NCBI GenBank assembly: GCA_963514005.1
Contig: OY740806.1
Span: 5,146,001-5,210,000, forward strand
Origin: Raja brachyura
Taxonomy: Eukaryota
Reading direction: 5' to 3'
Length of the DNA: 64,000 nucleotides
Positions 49,640-60,800 of the stretch are shown here, one piece after another. Positions within the stretch are counted from its first letter, which is position 1. The number at the start of each line of letters is the position of its first letter. The translations under genes were made by a program, and so were the position numbers. Under the pieces are notes generated by a model. The model did not search any database. It was given only the letters and a program-made list of their open reading frames with translations, and was not told the origin of the DNA.

Positions 49640-50035
49640 AGGGATGAGAGGGGATCTTATTGAAACATATAAGATTATTAAGGGTTTGGACTCACTAGAG
49701 GCAGGAAACATGTTCCCGATGTTGGGGGAGTCCAGAACCAGGGGCCACAGTTTAAGAATAAGGGGTAAGCCTTTTAGGACAGAGATGAGGAAACACTTTT
49801 TCACACAGAGAGTTGTGAGTCTGTGGAATTCTCTGCCTCAGAGGGTGGTGGAAGCAGGTTCTCTGGATACTTTCAAGAGAGAGCTAGATAAGGCTCTTAA
49901 AGATAGCGGAGGCAGGGGATATGGGGAGAAGGGAGGAACGGGGTACTGATTGGGGATGATCAGCCATGATCACATTGAATGGCGTTGCTGGTCGAAGGGC
50001 CGAATGGTCTACTCCAGCACCTATGGTCTATTGTA
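49640..50035 (+). mobile_element. CR1 3' fragment
   Basis: MRGDLIETYK...FFTQRVVSLWNSLP. Confidence 0.88.
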
Positions 50036-50134
50036 TCGTGTATTTACCAGGAGAGCACCCAAATAAAGTTTGTCACCCTATCGCGGTACATGTGACAATA
50101 ATGAACCAGTACACCCGAGGTAAACACACATGCG

Positions 50135-50330
50135 GTTGGCACGGTGGTGCAGCAGTAGAGTTGCTGCCTCACAGCGCCAGAGACCCAGGTTCGATACCGA
50201 CAATGGGTGCTGTATGTGCGGAGTTTGTATGTTCATGCTGTGACCGCGTTGGTTTTCTCCAGGTGCTCCGATTTCCTCCAACATCCCAAAGACGTACAGG
50301 TTTGTAGGTTTCTGTAAATTATCCCTGGAG
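50135..50330 (+). mobile_element. tRNA-derived V-type SINE (further copies about 55555-55810 and 59938-60350)
   Basis: GGTGGTGCAGCAGTAG A-box, GGTTCGATACC B-box, V-core CTCCGATTTCCTCC. Confidence 0.75.
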
Positions 50331-50557
50331 CAGTAGTGGGCAAGCTTGTTCTGCATAGGGGCCAGGAGCCATGTCTGTGAGTGGATGGTGGGCCACATCT
50401 ATCGCCAGAGTTACTAAATGGAAGTCATAATAATATATACTAACTAAATTGGTAATTAGTAATAATACTTAAATTAATAATACACACCAACTAGTGTGAC
50501 ACTTGGTGTTGTTTTTCGCATTAGCTTTCACATGTTTTTCAATTCGTTTTCTGCAGT

Positions 50558-51283
50558 TCCCAGGTCGGCTGCGTGCCCAGAGACTGGCTGTAGTGCCCAG
50601 GTCGGCTGCCTGCCCCAGGACTGGCTGTAGTGCCCAGGTCAGCTCACCTGCCCCGGGACTGGCTGTAGTGCCCAGGTCAGCTCACCTGCCCAGAGACTGG
50701 CTGTAGTGCCCAGGTCAGCTCACCTGCCCAGAGACTGGCTGTAGTGCCCAGGTCAGCTCACCTGCCCAGAGACTGGCTGTAGTGCCCAGGTCGGCTCACC
50801 TGCCCCGGGACTGGCTGTAGTGCCCAGGTCAGCTCACCTGCCCAGAGACTGGCTGTAGTGCCCAGGTCGGCTGCCTGCCCAGAGACTGGCTGTAGTGCCC
50901 AGGTCGGCTGCCTGCCCAGAGACTGGCTGTAGTGCCCAGGTCGGCTCACCTGCCCAGAGACTGGCTGTGGTGCCCAGGTCGGCTCACCTGCCCAGAGACT
51001 GGCTGTAGTGCCCAGGTCGGCTCACCTGCCCCGGGACTGGCTGTAGTGCCCAGGTCAGCTCACCTGCCCAGAGACTGGCTGTAGTGCCCAGGTCAGCTCA
51101 CCTGCCCCGGGACTGGCTGTAGTGCCCAGGTCGGCTGCATGCCCAGAGACTGGCTGTAGTGCCCAGGTCAGCTCACCTGCCCCGGGACTGGCTGTAGTGC
51201 CCAGGTCAGCTCACCTGCCCAGAGACTGGCTGTAGTGCCCAGGTCAGCTCACCTGCCCAGAGACTGGCTGTAGTGCCCAGGTC
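50558..51283. repeat. 37-38-bp minisatellite, about 19 copies (GCCCAGAGACTGGCTGTAGTGCCCAGGTCAGCTCACCT)
   Basis: Highly homogeneous units with a few recurring variants. Confidence 0.95.
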
Positions 51284-51778
51284 ACGAAAACAAATTGAAA
51301 GAAAAAGCGGCTGCTGGCCGGTTGATTTTGGGGTTACGAGCCGGATCCGGCCCGTCGGCCGTAGGTTGCCGACCCCTTGCCCTAGAGTGTAGGATGGAAC
51401 TAGTGTATGGGTCATCGTTGGTGGGCCGAAGGGCCTGTTTCCACACTGTATCACATTAACATCAACTAAACTCTTGAAGCAATATCGGTCAAAGTGAACA
51501 GAGACAACCAGTACAACACGGTGAAGGCAGGTGCAAAAAACCATTTAAGAGACACTTAGACAGGTACATTGATAGGGAACCCATGGGCCAAATGCCAAAT
51601 CTATGGGCCTATGGGCAAGTGGGAAGAGCTGAGCAGACATCTTGGTCAGCATTGTTGGGCCGAAGGGCCTGTTTCCATGAGGTCTGGCTCCAGTTCTGGT
51701 CACCACACCCTGGTCGAGCAGCGTCGGAGGGTTGGCTTTGATGAAGTCCAGGACAGGTACCGTTGGGATTCAAGATAG

Positions 51779-51878
51779 TCATGCCGTTGACTGACCGCTA
51801 CCGAACCTGGAGCCGCAGCGGACTGGCCCCAGCGCCTGGAACCAGATCTCTTTGCGTCGTCCTAGGAGTGAGAGTGGT
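51779..51878 (-). CDS. SOUL/HEBP2-like terminal exon (RPLSLLGRRKEIWFQALGPVRC...STA*)
   Basis: Acceptor ccccccacag|; RxxE(I/V)W SOUL C-terminal motif; TGA stop ending at 51779. Confidence 0.83.
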
Positions 51879-54800
51879 CTGTGGGGGGGGGGGGGGGGAG
51901 AGAGAGATAGGAAGGAGAAAGCGTTAATGTTGGGCAGTGTCTCACCACCACCACTCTCAGCCCCCCCCCCCCCCACCACCAATCTCCACAACCCAGGAGC
52001 ACGGCACATGGCTCCTGTGGGGTGGGGTGGGCTGAGCACAGACTACGGTGAAGGTGACCCCAATATATGATATGATACAACTTTATTTATCCCAGGAGGG
52101 AAATTGACCTGCCAAAAGTTATAAAAACACAACAAGATACAAAACATGAAATTCATTGATTTGAATTGAATTGAATATATTTTATGAGCCAAGTATGTTC
52201 ACATACAAGGAATTTGCCTTGGTGCTCTGCTCACAAGTAACAACACAATATACAGTAGGCAATTAAAAATATAACATTATAATTTAAACATGTGAAGAAT
52301 GAAATATAACACCAGAGCAAAAGGAGGCTACAGATTTTTGGTTATTGAGTAGAGCTATTGTTCATGGATAAAAAAGCTGTTTTTATGTCTATGTGGCAGC
52401 TTTGACAGTCTGGAGTCGCCTTCCAGAGGGAAGTGATTCAAAGAGTTTGTGGCCAGGGTGAGAGGGATCAGAGATGATCTTACCCACTCGCTTCCTGGCC
52501 CTTGCAGTGTACAGATCGTCGATGGAGGCGAAGGTTGCAGCCAACAGGATCGGTCCGAGTCAGCATGGATTTATAGAAACATAGAAAAATAGGTGCAGGA
52601 GTAGGCCATTCGGCCCTTCGAGCCTGCACCGCCATTCAATGTGATCATGGCTGATCATCCAACTCAGTATCCCGTACCTGCCTTCTCTCCATACCCCCTG
52701 GTCCCTTTAGCCCCAAGTGCCACATCTAACGCCCTCTTAAATATAGCCAATGAACTGGCCTCAACTACCTTCTGTGGCAGAGAATTCCAGAGACTCACCA
52801 CTCTCTGTGTAAAGAATGTTTTCCTCATCTCGGTCCTAAAGGAATTCCCCCTTATCCTTAGACTGGGACCCCTTGTTCTGGACTCCCCGAACATCGGGAA
52901 CGATCTTCCAGCATCTAGCTTGTCCAACCCCCTAAGAATTATGAAGGGGAAATCATGCTCGACTAATCTTCTGGGATTTTTTGAAGATGTAACTAGGAAA
53001 ATGGACAAGGGAGAGCCAGTGGATGTAGTGTACCTGGACTTTCAGAAAGCATTTGATAAGGTCCCACATAGGAGATTAGTGGGCAAAATTAGGGCACATG
53101 GTATTGGGGGTAGAGTGCTGACATGGATAGAGAAGTGGTTGGCAGACAGGGAACAAAGAATAGGGCTTAACGGGTCCCTTTCAGAATGGCAGGCAGTGAC
53201 TAGTGGGGTACCGCAAGACTCTGTGCTGGGACCACAGCTATTTACAATATACATCAAAGATTTGGATGAAGGGATTCAAAGTAACATTAGCAAATTTGCA
53301 GATGACACAAAGCTTGGTAGCAGTGTGAACTGTGAGGAGGATGTTATGAAAATGCAGGGTGACTTGGGACAGGTTGGGTGAGTGGGCAGATGCATGGCAG
53401 ATGAAATTTAATGCGGATAAATGTGAGGTTATCCACTTTGTAACAAAAACAGGAAGGCAGATTACTATCTAAATTGGGAAAAGGGGGAAGTACAACAGGA
53501 TCTGGGGGTCATTGCACATCAGTCTATGAAAGTAAGCATGCAGGTACAGCAGGCAGTGAAGAAAGTGAATGGCATGTTGGCCTTTATGACAAGAGGAATC
53601 GAATATATGAGCAAAGAGGTCCTTCTGCAGTTGTACAGAGCCCTAGTGAGACCACACCTGCAGTATTGTGTGCAGTTTTGGTCCCCCAATTTGAGGAAGG
53701 CCATTCTTGCTATTGAGGGAGTGCAGCTTAGCTTTACAAGGCTAATTCCCGGGATAGCGGGACTGTCATATGCTGAGAGAATGGAGCAGCTGGGCTTGTA
53801 CACTCTGGAGTTTAGAAGGAGGAGAGGGGATCTCATTGAGACATATAAGATTGTTAAGGGTTTGGACACGCTAGAGGCAGGAAACATCTTCCCGATGTTG
53901 GGGGAGTCCAGAACCAGGGGCCACAGTTTAAGAATAAGGAGTAAACCATTTAGAACGGAGACGAGGAAACACTTTTTCTCAGAGAGTGGCGAGTCTGTGG
54001 AATTCTCTGCCTCAGAGAGCGGTGGAGGCAAGTTCTCTGGATGCTTTCAAGAGAGAGCTAGATACAGCTCTTAAAAATAGCTGAATCAGGGTATATGGGG
54101 AGAAGGGATGAACGGAGCACTGATTTGGGGATGATCAGCCATAATCACATTGAATGGCAGTGTTGGCTCGAATGGCCTACTCCTGCACCTATTTTCTATT
54201 GTCTACAGTCTATTATAACAACCTTCTCCGCTGATCGGACAATTCTCTGCATCCACCGGATGGCGTGCTTGGTGGCTGAGCCAAACAAGACCATGAAAGC
54301 GAGGACAGATTCTACAATGGCCGTGTAGAATTGGACCATCATTGCCTGTGGCAGATTGTGCTCCCTTTGCTGCCACAGGAAGTACATTGTCTGTTGGGCC
54401 TTTTTGGCTGTGAAATCGATGGTAGCCGCCCCATTTAAGATCTTTGGAGATGATGGTCCCAAGGAACTTAAATGACTCCACAGATGTGATTGTGGTGTTG
54501 ATGATGGTGAGTGGGAGGAGGGGAGAGGGAGCTCTCCTAAAGAAAGTGATGAGTCGATATGATTGGGCATGTGCAAAGATTGGGGAGGGGATGTACCAGC
54601 ATCCATACCCCTGTATCTTCTCTCCACACCCACCTCCTCCCTGAACCGTTATACCATATCCCTCAAAGCCCACCCTCTCCCCAAACACACCTCCCCCTCT
54701 GATTGTACGATTGATAGTACGCCTCGATGTCACCTTCCCCTCAGCTAACAATGAACCCTTCTACATCTCCTTTTCAGCATCCGCTTTATCTGTCATATTC

Positions 54801-57800
54801 ACACCTTACCCTTCCATGTCTCTGTGACTCCCTCTCCCGTGACTCTCAGTCTGAAGAAGTGTCTCGACCCAAAACGTCACCCATCCCTTCCCTCCAGAGA
54901 TGCTGCCTGTCTCGCTGAGTTACTCCAGCATTTAATAGACAATAGACAATAAGTACATGAGTAGTCCATTCAGCTCTTCGAGCCAGTACCACCATTTACT
55001 GTGATCATGGCTGATCATCACAATCAGTACCTCATTCCTGCCTTCTCCCCATATCCCCTGACTCCGCTATCTTTAAGAGCCCTATCTAACTCTCTCTTGA
55101 AAGCATCCAGAGAATTGGCCTCCTCTGCCTTCTGAGGCAGAGAATTCCACAGACTCACAACTGTCTGTGTTTCCTCATCTCCGTTCTAAATGGCTTACCC
55201 CTTATTCTTACACTGTGGCCCCTGGTTCTGGGCGTCGGGAACATCTTTCCTGCCTCTAGCGTAACTAAGCCCTTAATAATCTTATATGTTTAAATAAGAT
55301 CCCCTCACATCCTTCTAAAGTCCAGAGTGTACAAGTCGAGCCGCTCCATTCTATCAAGAAATGACAGTCCTGCCATCCCGGGAATTAACCTTGTTGCTAC
55401 ACTGCACTCTCTCAATAAGAAGAATGTTCTTCCTCTGGTCCTAGACTCTCCCACTGGTGGAAATATCCTCCCCACATCCACTCTATCAAGGATATCTCTC
55501 CATCTATAAGTGTGTTATTGTTGGTACATGATTGGTACATAGGACAATGGAACACGGTGGTGCAGCGGTAGAGTTGCCTTGTCTGTACAGAGTTTGTACG
55601 TTCTCCCCGTGACCTGCGTGGGTTTTCTTTGAGACCTTCGTTTCCTCCCACACTCCAAAGGCGTAGAGGTTTGTCAGTTAATTGGCTTGGTGTATGTAAA
55701 AAATGTCCCCAGTGGGTGTTGGATAGTGGTAACGTGCAGGGATCGCTGGTCGGCGCGGACCCGGTGGGCCGAAGGGCCTGTTTCCGCGCTGTATCTCGAA
55801 ACTCAACTAAATGAAACTAGCATACCAGGCCTCATTAGTACCACAATAACCCCCCCCCCCCCCACCCACTCCAGATCCTTTCCCTCCTTAACCCCGCACT
55901 ACCTGTGATACTCGGCGAGGTAGAAGCGGTCTTGCATGAAACTCTCCCTCTGTCGGAGCAAGTCCTCGAACAACTCCTGCGACGCGCGTTTCAGGTTGAA
56001 GAAGATCGATCCTACGGACCGCACAAACAGACTCTGGGCTGGCGAGTTTGACAGGTAAACCTGCAGTGGGAGAGAGGGGGGTGGCTAGAAACATAGAAAA
56101 CAAGTGCCGGATTATGGCATTCAGCTCCTCGAGCCAGCACCGCCATTCAATATGATCATGGCTGATCATACACAATTAGTACCCTGTTCCTGCCTTCTCC
56201 CCATATCCCCATGACTCAGCTATCTTTAAGAGCCCTATCTAGCTCTCTCTTGAAAGTATCTGGAGAACCGGCCTCCATCGCCCTCTGAGGCAGAGAATTC
56301 CACAAACCCACAACTCTGTGAGAAAAGGTGTTTCCTAATCAAGAATCTATCCATCTCGGCTTTAAAAATATCCATTGACTTGGCCTCCACAGCCGTCAGT
56401 GGCAATAAATTCCACAGATTCACCACTGTCTCACTGAAGAAATTCCTCATCGCCATTCTCAAGGTGCGTCCATTAATTCTGAGGCTGAGAGTCCTAGACT
56501 CTCCCACTAGTGGAAACATCCTCTCCACGTCTACCCATAGTCAATAGACAATAGGTGCAGGAGTAGGAGCCTGCCTCCATCGCCCTCTGATGCAGAGAAT
56601 GCCACAGACTCACAACTCTCTGGGTGAAAAGGTTTTTCCTCATCTCCGTTCTAAATAGCCTGCCTCTCATTCTAAAACTGTGGCCCCTGGTTCTAGTCTC
56701 CCCCAACATCGGGAACATGTTTCCTGCCTCTAGTGTCTCCAATCCCTTAATAATCTTATATGTTTCAATAAGATAGCCCTCTCATCCTAAACTCCAGAGT
56801 GTACAAGCCCAGCCGCTCCATTCTCTCAGCATCCCGCCATCCCGGGAATTAACCTTGTAAACCTATCCTGCACAATACTCCAGGTTTGGTCTCACTAGGG
56901 CTCTGTACAACTGCAGAAGGACCTCTTTGCTACTATACTCCACTCTTGTTATAAAGGCCAACATGCCATTCGCTTTCTTCACTGCCTGCTGTACCTGCAT
57001 GCTTACTTTCATAGACTGATGAACAAGGACCGCCAGATCCTGTTGCACTTCCCCTTTTCACAACTTGACGCCATTTATATAGTAATCTGCCTTCCTGTTT
57101 TTAACACCAAAGTGGACAACCTCACATTTATCATAGAAACATAGAAAATAGGTGCAGGAGTAGGCCATTCAGCCCTTCGAGCCTGCACCGCCATTCAATA
57201 TGATCATGGCTGATAATTTCAACTCATTATCCAGTAACTGCTTTCTCTCCATACCCCCTGATCCCTTTAGCCACAAGGGCCACATTTAACTCCCTCTTAA
57301 ATATAGCCAATGAACTGGCCTCAATTACCTTCTGTGGCAGAGAATTCCAGAGACTCACCATTCTCTGTGTGAACAATGTTTTCATCATCTCGGTCCTAAA
57401 GGAATTCCCCCTTATCCTTAAACTGTGACCCCTTGTTCTGGACCTCCCCAACATCGGGAACAATCTTCCTGCATCTAGCCTGTCCAACCCCTTGAGAATT
57501 TTGTACGTTTCTATAAGATCCCCCCTCAATCTTCTAAATTCTAGCGTGTACAAGCCGAGTCTATCCAGTCTTTCCTCATATGAAAGTCCTGACATCCCAG
57601 GAATCAGTCTGGTGAACCTCCTCTACACCCCCTCTATGGCAAGAATGTCTTTCCTCAGATTTTGAGACTATACGCAATACTCCAGGTGTGGTCTCACCAA
57701 AACCCTGTACAACTGCAGTAGAACCTCCCTGCTCCTATACTCAAATCATTTTGCTATGAATGCGAACATCCCATTCGCTTTCTTCACTGCCTGCTGCACC

Positions 57801-60800
57801 TGCATGCCTACTTTCAATGACTGGTGTACCATGACACCCAGGTCTCGTTGCATCTCCCCCTTTCCTAATCTGCCACCATTCAGATAATAGTCTGCTTTCC
57901 TGTTTTTGCCACCAAAGTGGATAACCTCACAGTTATCCACATTATACTGCATCTGCCATGCATTTGTCCACTCACCCAGCCTATCCAAGTCACCATGCAG
58001 CCTCCTTGCATCCTCCTCACAGCTAACACTGCCCCCCAGCTTAGTGTCATCTGCAAACTTGGAGATGTTGCATTCAATTCCCTCGACAAAATCATTAATA
58101 TATATTGTAAATAGCTGGGCTCCCAGCACTGAGCCTTGCGGTACCCCACTAGTCACTGCCTGCCATTCTGAAAAGGACCCGTTTACTCCTTCTCTTTGCT
58201 TCCTGTCTGCCAGCCAGTTCTCTATCCACATCAATACTGAACCCCCAATACCGTGTGCTTTAAGTTTGTATACTAATCTCTTATGTAGGACCTTGTCGAA
58301 AGCCTTCTGAAAGTCTAGATATAACACATCCACAGGTTCTCCCTTATCCACTCTACTAGTTACATTCTCGAAAAATTCTACAAGATTTGTCAGACATGAT
58401 TTACCTTTCCTAAATCCATGCTGACTTTGTCCAATGATTTCACCACTTTCCAAATGCGCTGCTATCCCATCTTTAATAACTGACTCTAGAATTTTCCCCA
58501 CTACCGATGTTAGACTAACTGGTCTGTAATTCCCTGTTTTCTCTCTCCTTTTTAAAAAGTGGGGTTACATTAGCTACCGTCCAATCCTCAGGAACTACTC
58601 CAGAATCTAAAGAGTTTTCAAAAATTATCACTAATGCATCCACGATTTCTGTGGCTACTTCCTCGAGTACTCTGGGATGCAGCCTGTCTGGCCCTGGGGA
58701 TTTATCGGCCTTTAATCCATTCAATGTACCCAACACCACTTCCCAGCTAACCTGGATTTCACTCAGTTCCTTCATCTTATTTGACCCCCGGTCCCCTGCT
58801 ATTTCCGGAAGATTATTTATGTCTTCCTTTGTGAAGATAGAACCAATGGTCTGCGATGTCCTTGTTCTCCATGATCAACTCACCTGTTTCTGACTGCAAG
58901 GGACCCACATTTGTTTTAACTAATCTTTTTTTTTAAAAATCCACATTAAACTCCATCTGCCATGCATCTGTGCTCTCCTCCAACCTGTCCAAGTCACCCT
59001 GCATTCTCATAGCTTCCTCCTCACAGTTCACACTGTCACCCGGCTTTGTGTCATTTGCAAATTTGCAAAGGTTACTTAGAATCCCTTCATCTAAACCATT
59101 AATGTATATTGTAAATAGCTGCGGTCCCAGCACCGAGCCTTGCGGTACCCCACTAGTCACTGCCTGCCATTCTGAAAGAGACCCGTTAATCACTGCTCTT
59201 TGTTTCCTGTCTGCCAACCAATTTTCTATCCATGTCAGCACTCTACCCCCAATACCATGTGCCCTAATTTTGCCCACTAATCTCCTATGTGGGACCTTAT
59301 CAAATGCTCTCTGAAAGTCCAGGTACACTACATCCACTGGCTCTCCCTTGTCCATTTTCCTAGTTACATCTTCAAAAAATTCCAGAAGATTAGTCAAGCA
59401 TGATTTCCACTTCATAAATCCACACTGACTCGGACCGATCCTGTTACTGCTATCCACATGTGCCGCTATTTCATCTCTTATAATTGACTCCAGCATCCTC
59501 CCCACCACCAATGTCAGGCTCACTGGTCTATAATTCCCTGTTTTCTCTCTCCCGCCTTTCTTAAAAAGTGGGGTAACATTAGCTACCCTCCAATCCACAG
59601 GAACTGATCCTGAGTCTATAGAACATTGGAAAATTATCACCAATGCATCCACAATTTCTGGAGCCACTTCCTTAAGTCCCCTGTAAGAGAGAAGGTATAG
59701 ATGACATTTTGGGTCAAGACCCTTTTTCTGACGCATCTACACTGGTGGTTATGTGCTCACTCGGAGAACATGCGAACTCCACACCGTCAGCCCAAGCCCC
59801 CAGAGTTCAGCGTTGTGGCAGGACCTCTGAAACGGTGAGATAGGGGTCCCATGGGGAATTCCCAAGACTTGGTGGGGTTGCCGGGGGGGGGGGGGGGGGA
59901 CCACATCATGCTACTGGGCGAACCCCTGGATATTTGGGCAGCACTGTGGCGCAGCGGTAGAGTTGCTGCCTTCCAGCGCTTTCACCGCCGGAGACCCGGG
60001 TTTGGTCCCAACTATGGTGTCTGTACGGAGTTTGCATGTTCTCCACGTGCCCTGCGTGGGGCTTCTCCGGGTGGTCTGGTTTCCTCCCACACACACCAAA
60101 GATGTACAGGTCTGTAGGTTAATTGGCTTGGTATAAATGTACAAAATGTTCTGAGTGTGCATGGGGGTAGCGTTAATAGACAATAGGTGCAGGAGGAGGC
60201 CATTCGGCCCTTTGAGCCAGCACCGCCATTCGATGTGATCATGTCTGATCATCCCCAATCAGTACACCGTTGGTCGCGCGGGGATCGCTGGCCAGCGTGG
60301 ACCTGGTGGGCCGAAGGGCCTCTTTCTGTGCTGTATCTCTGAACTAAACTACTCACCAGCTCATCCCGTGGAATGGGAGGGTTGGACAGGAAGCGCCTGG
60401 GCAGGTAGAAGAAAACGGCCGCCTCTGTGGGAACACCGTTGATGTTCCAGTACATGGTGAGCGTGGGCGATGTTTGCTCGATCAGTATCCCTGTGGAGCG
60501 GGAAGAGGACGTCATCAGATGGATGCTCCCGAAAGCAAACAGCCCTTCTCCGTACCCCGAGAATAGACGGTGAACCTTGCTGATACCAACGGCATACTCA
60601 TCCCTGGGATATGGCCATAAGTGATAGGAGTAGAATTGGGCCATTCTGCCCTTCAATCATGGCTGATCTATATCTCCCCCCTAACTCCATACTCCTGCCT
60701 TCTCCCCATAACCTCGTTAGTACGATACCCGTACTAATCAAGAATATATCCCTCTCTGCCTTAAAAATATTCACTGACATGGCCTCCACAGATTCTGTGG

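Noticed and set aside
50558-51283. CRISPR-like array (also 30536-30886)
   Set aside because: Contiguous tandem units with no unique spacers; eukaryotic context; no cas genes.
55888-56175. ORF-track 95-aa peptide
   Set aside because: Wrong frame; the overlapping alternative frame gives the SOUL motifs and matches the splice phases.
60491-60656. Upstream in-frame extension of the SOUL exon (ORF 60249-60656)
   Set aside because: The strong acceptor at 60491-60492 gives the correct phase and family spacing; the extension runs into a CR1 tail.
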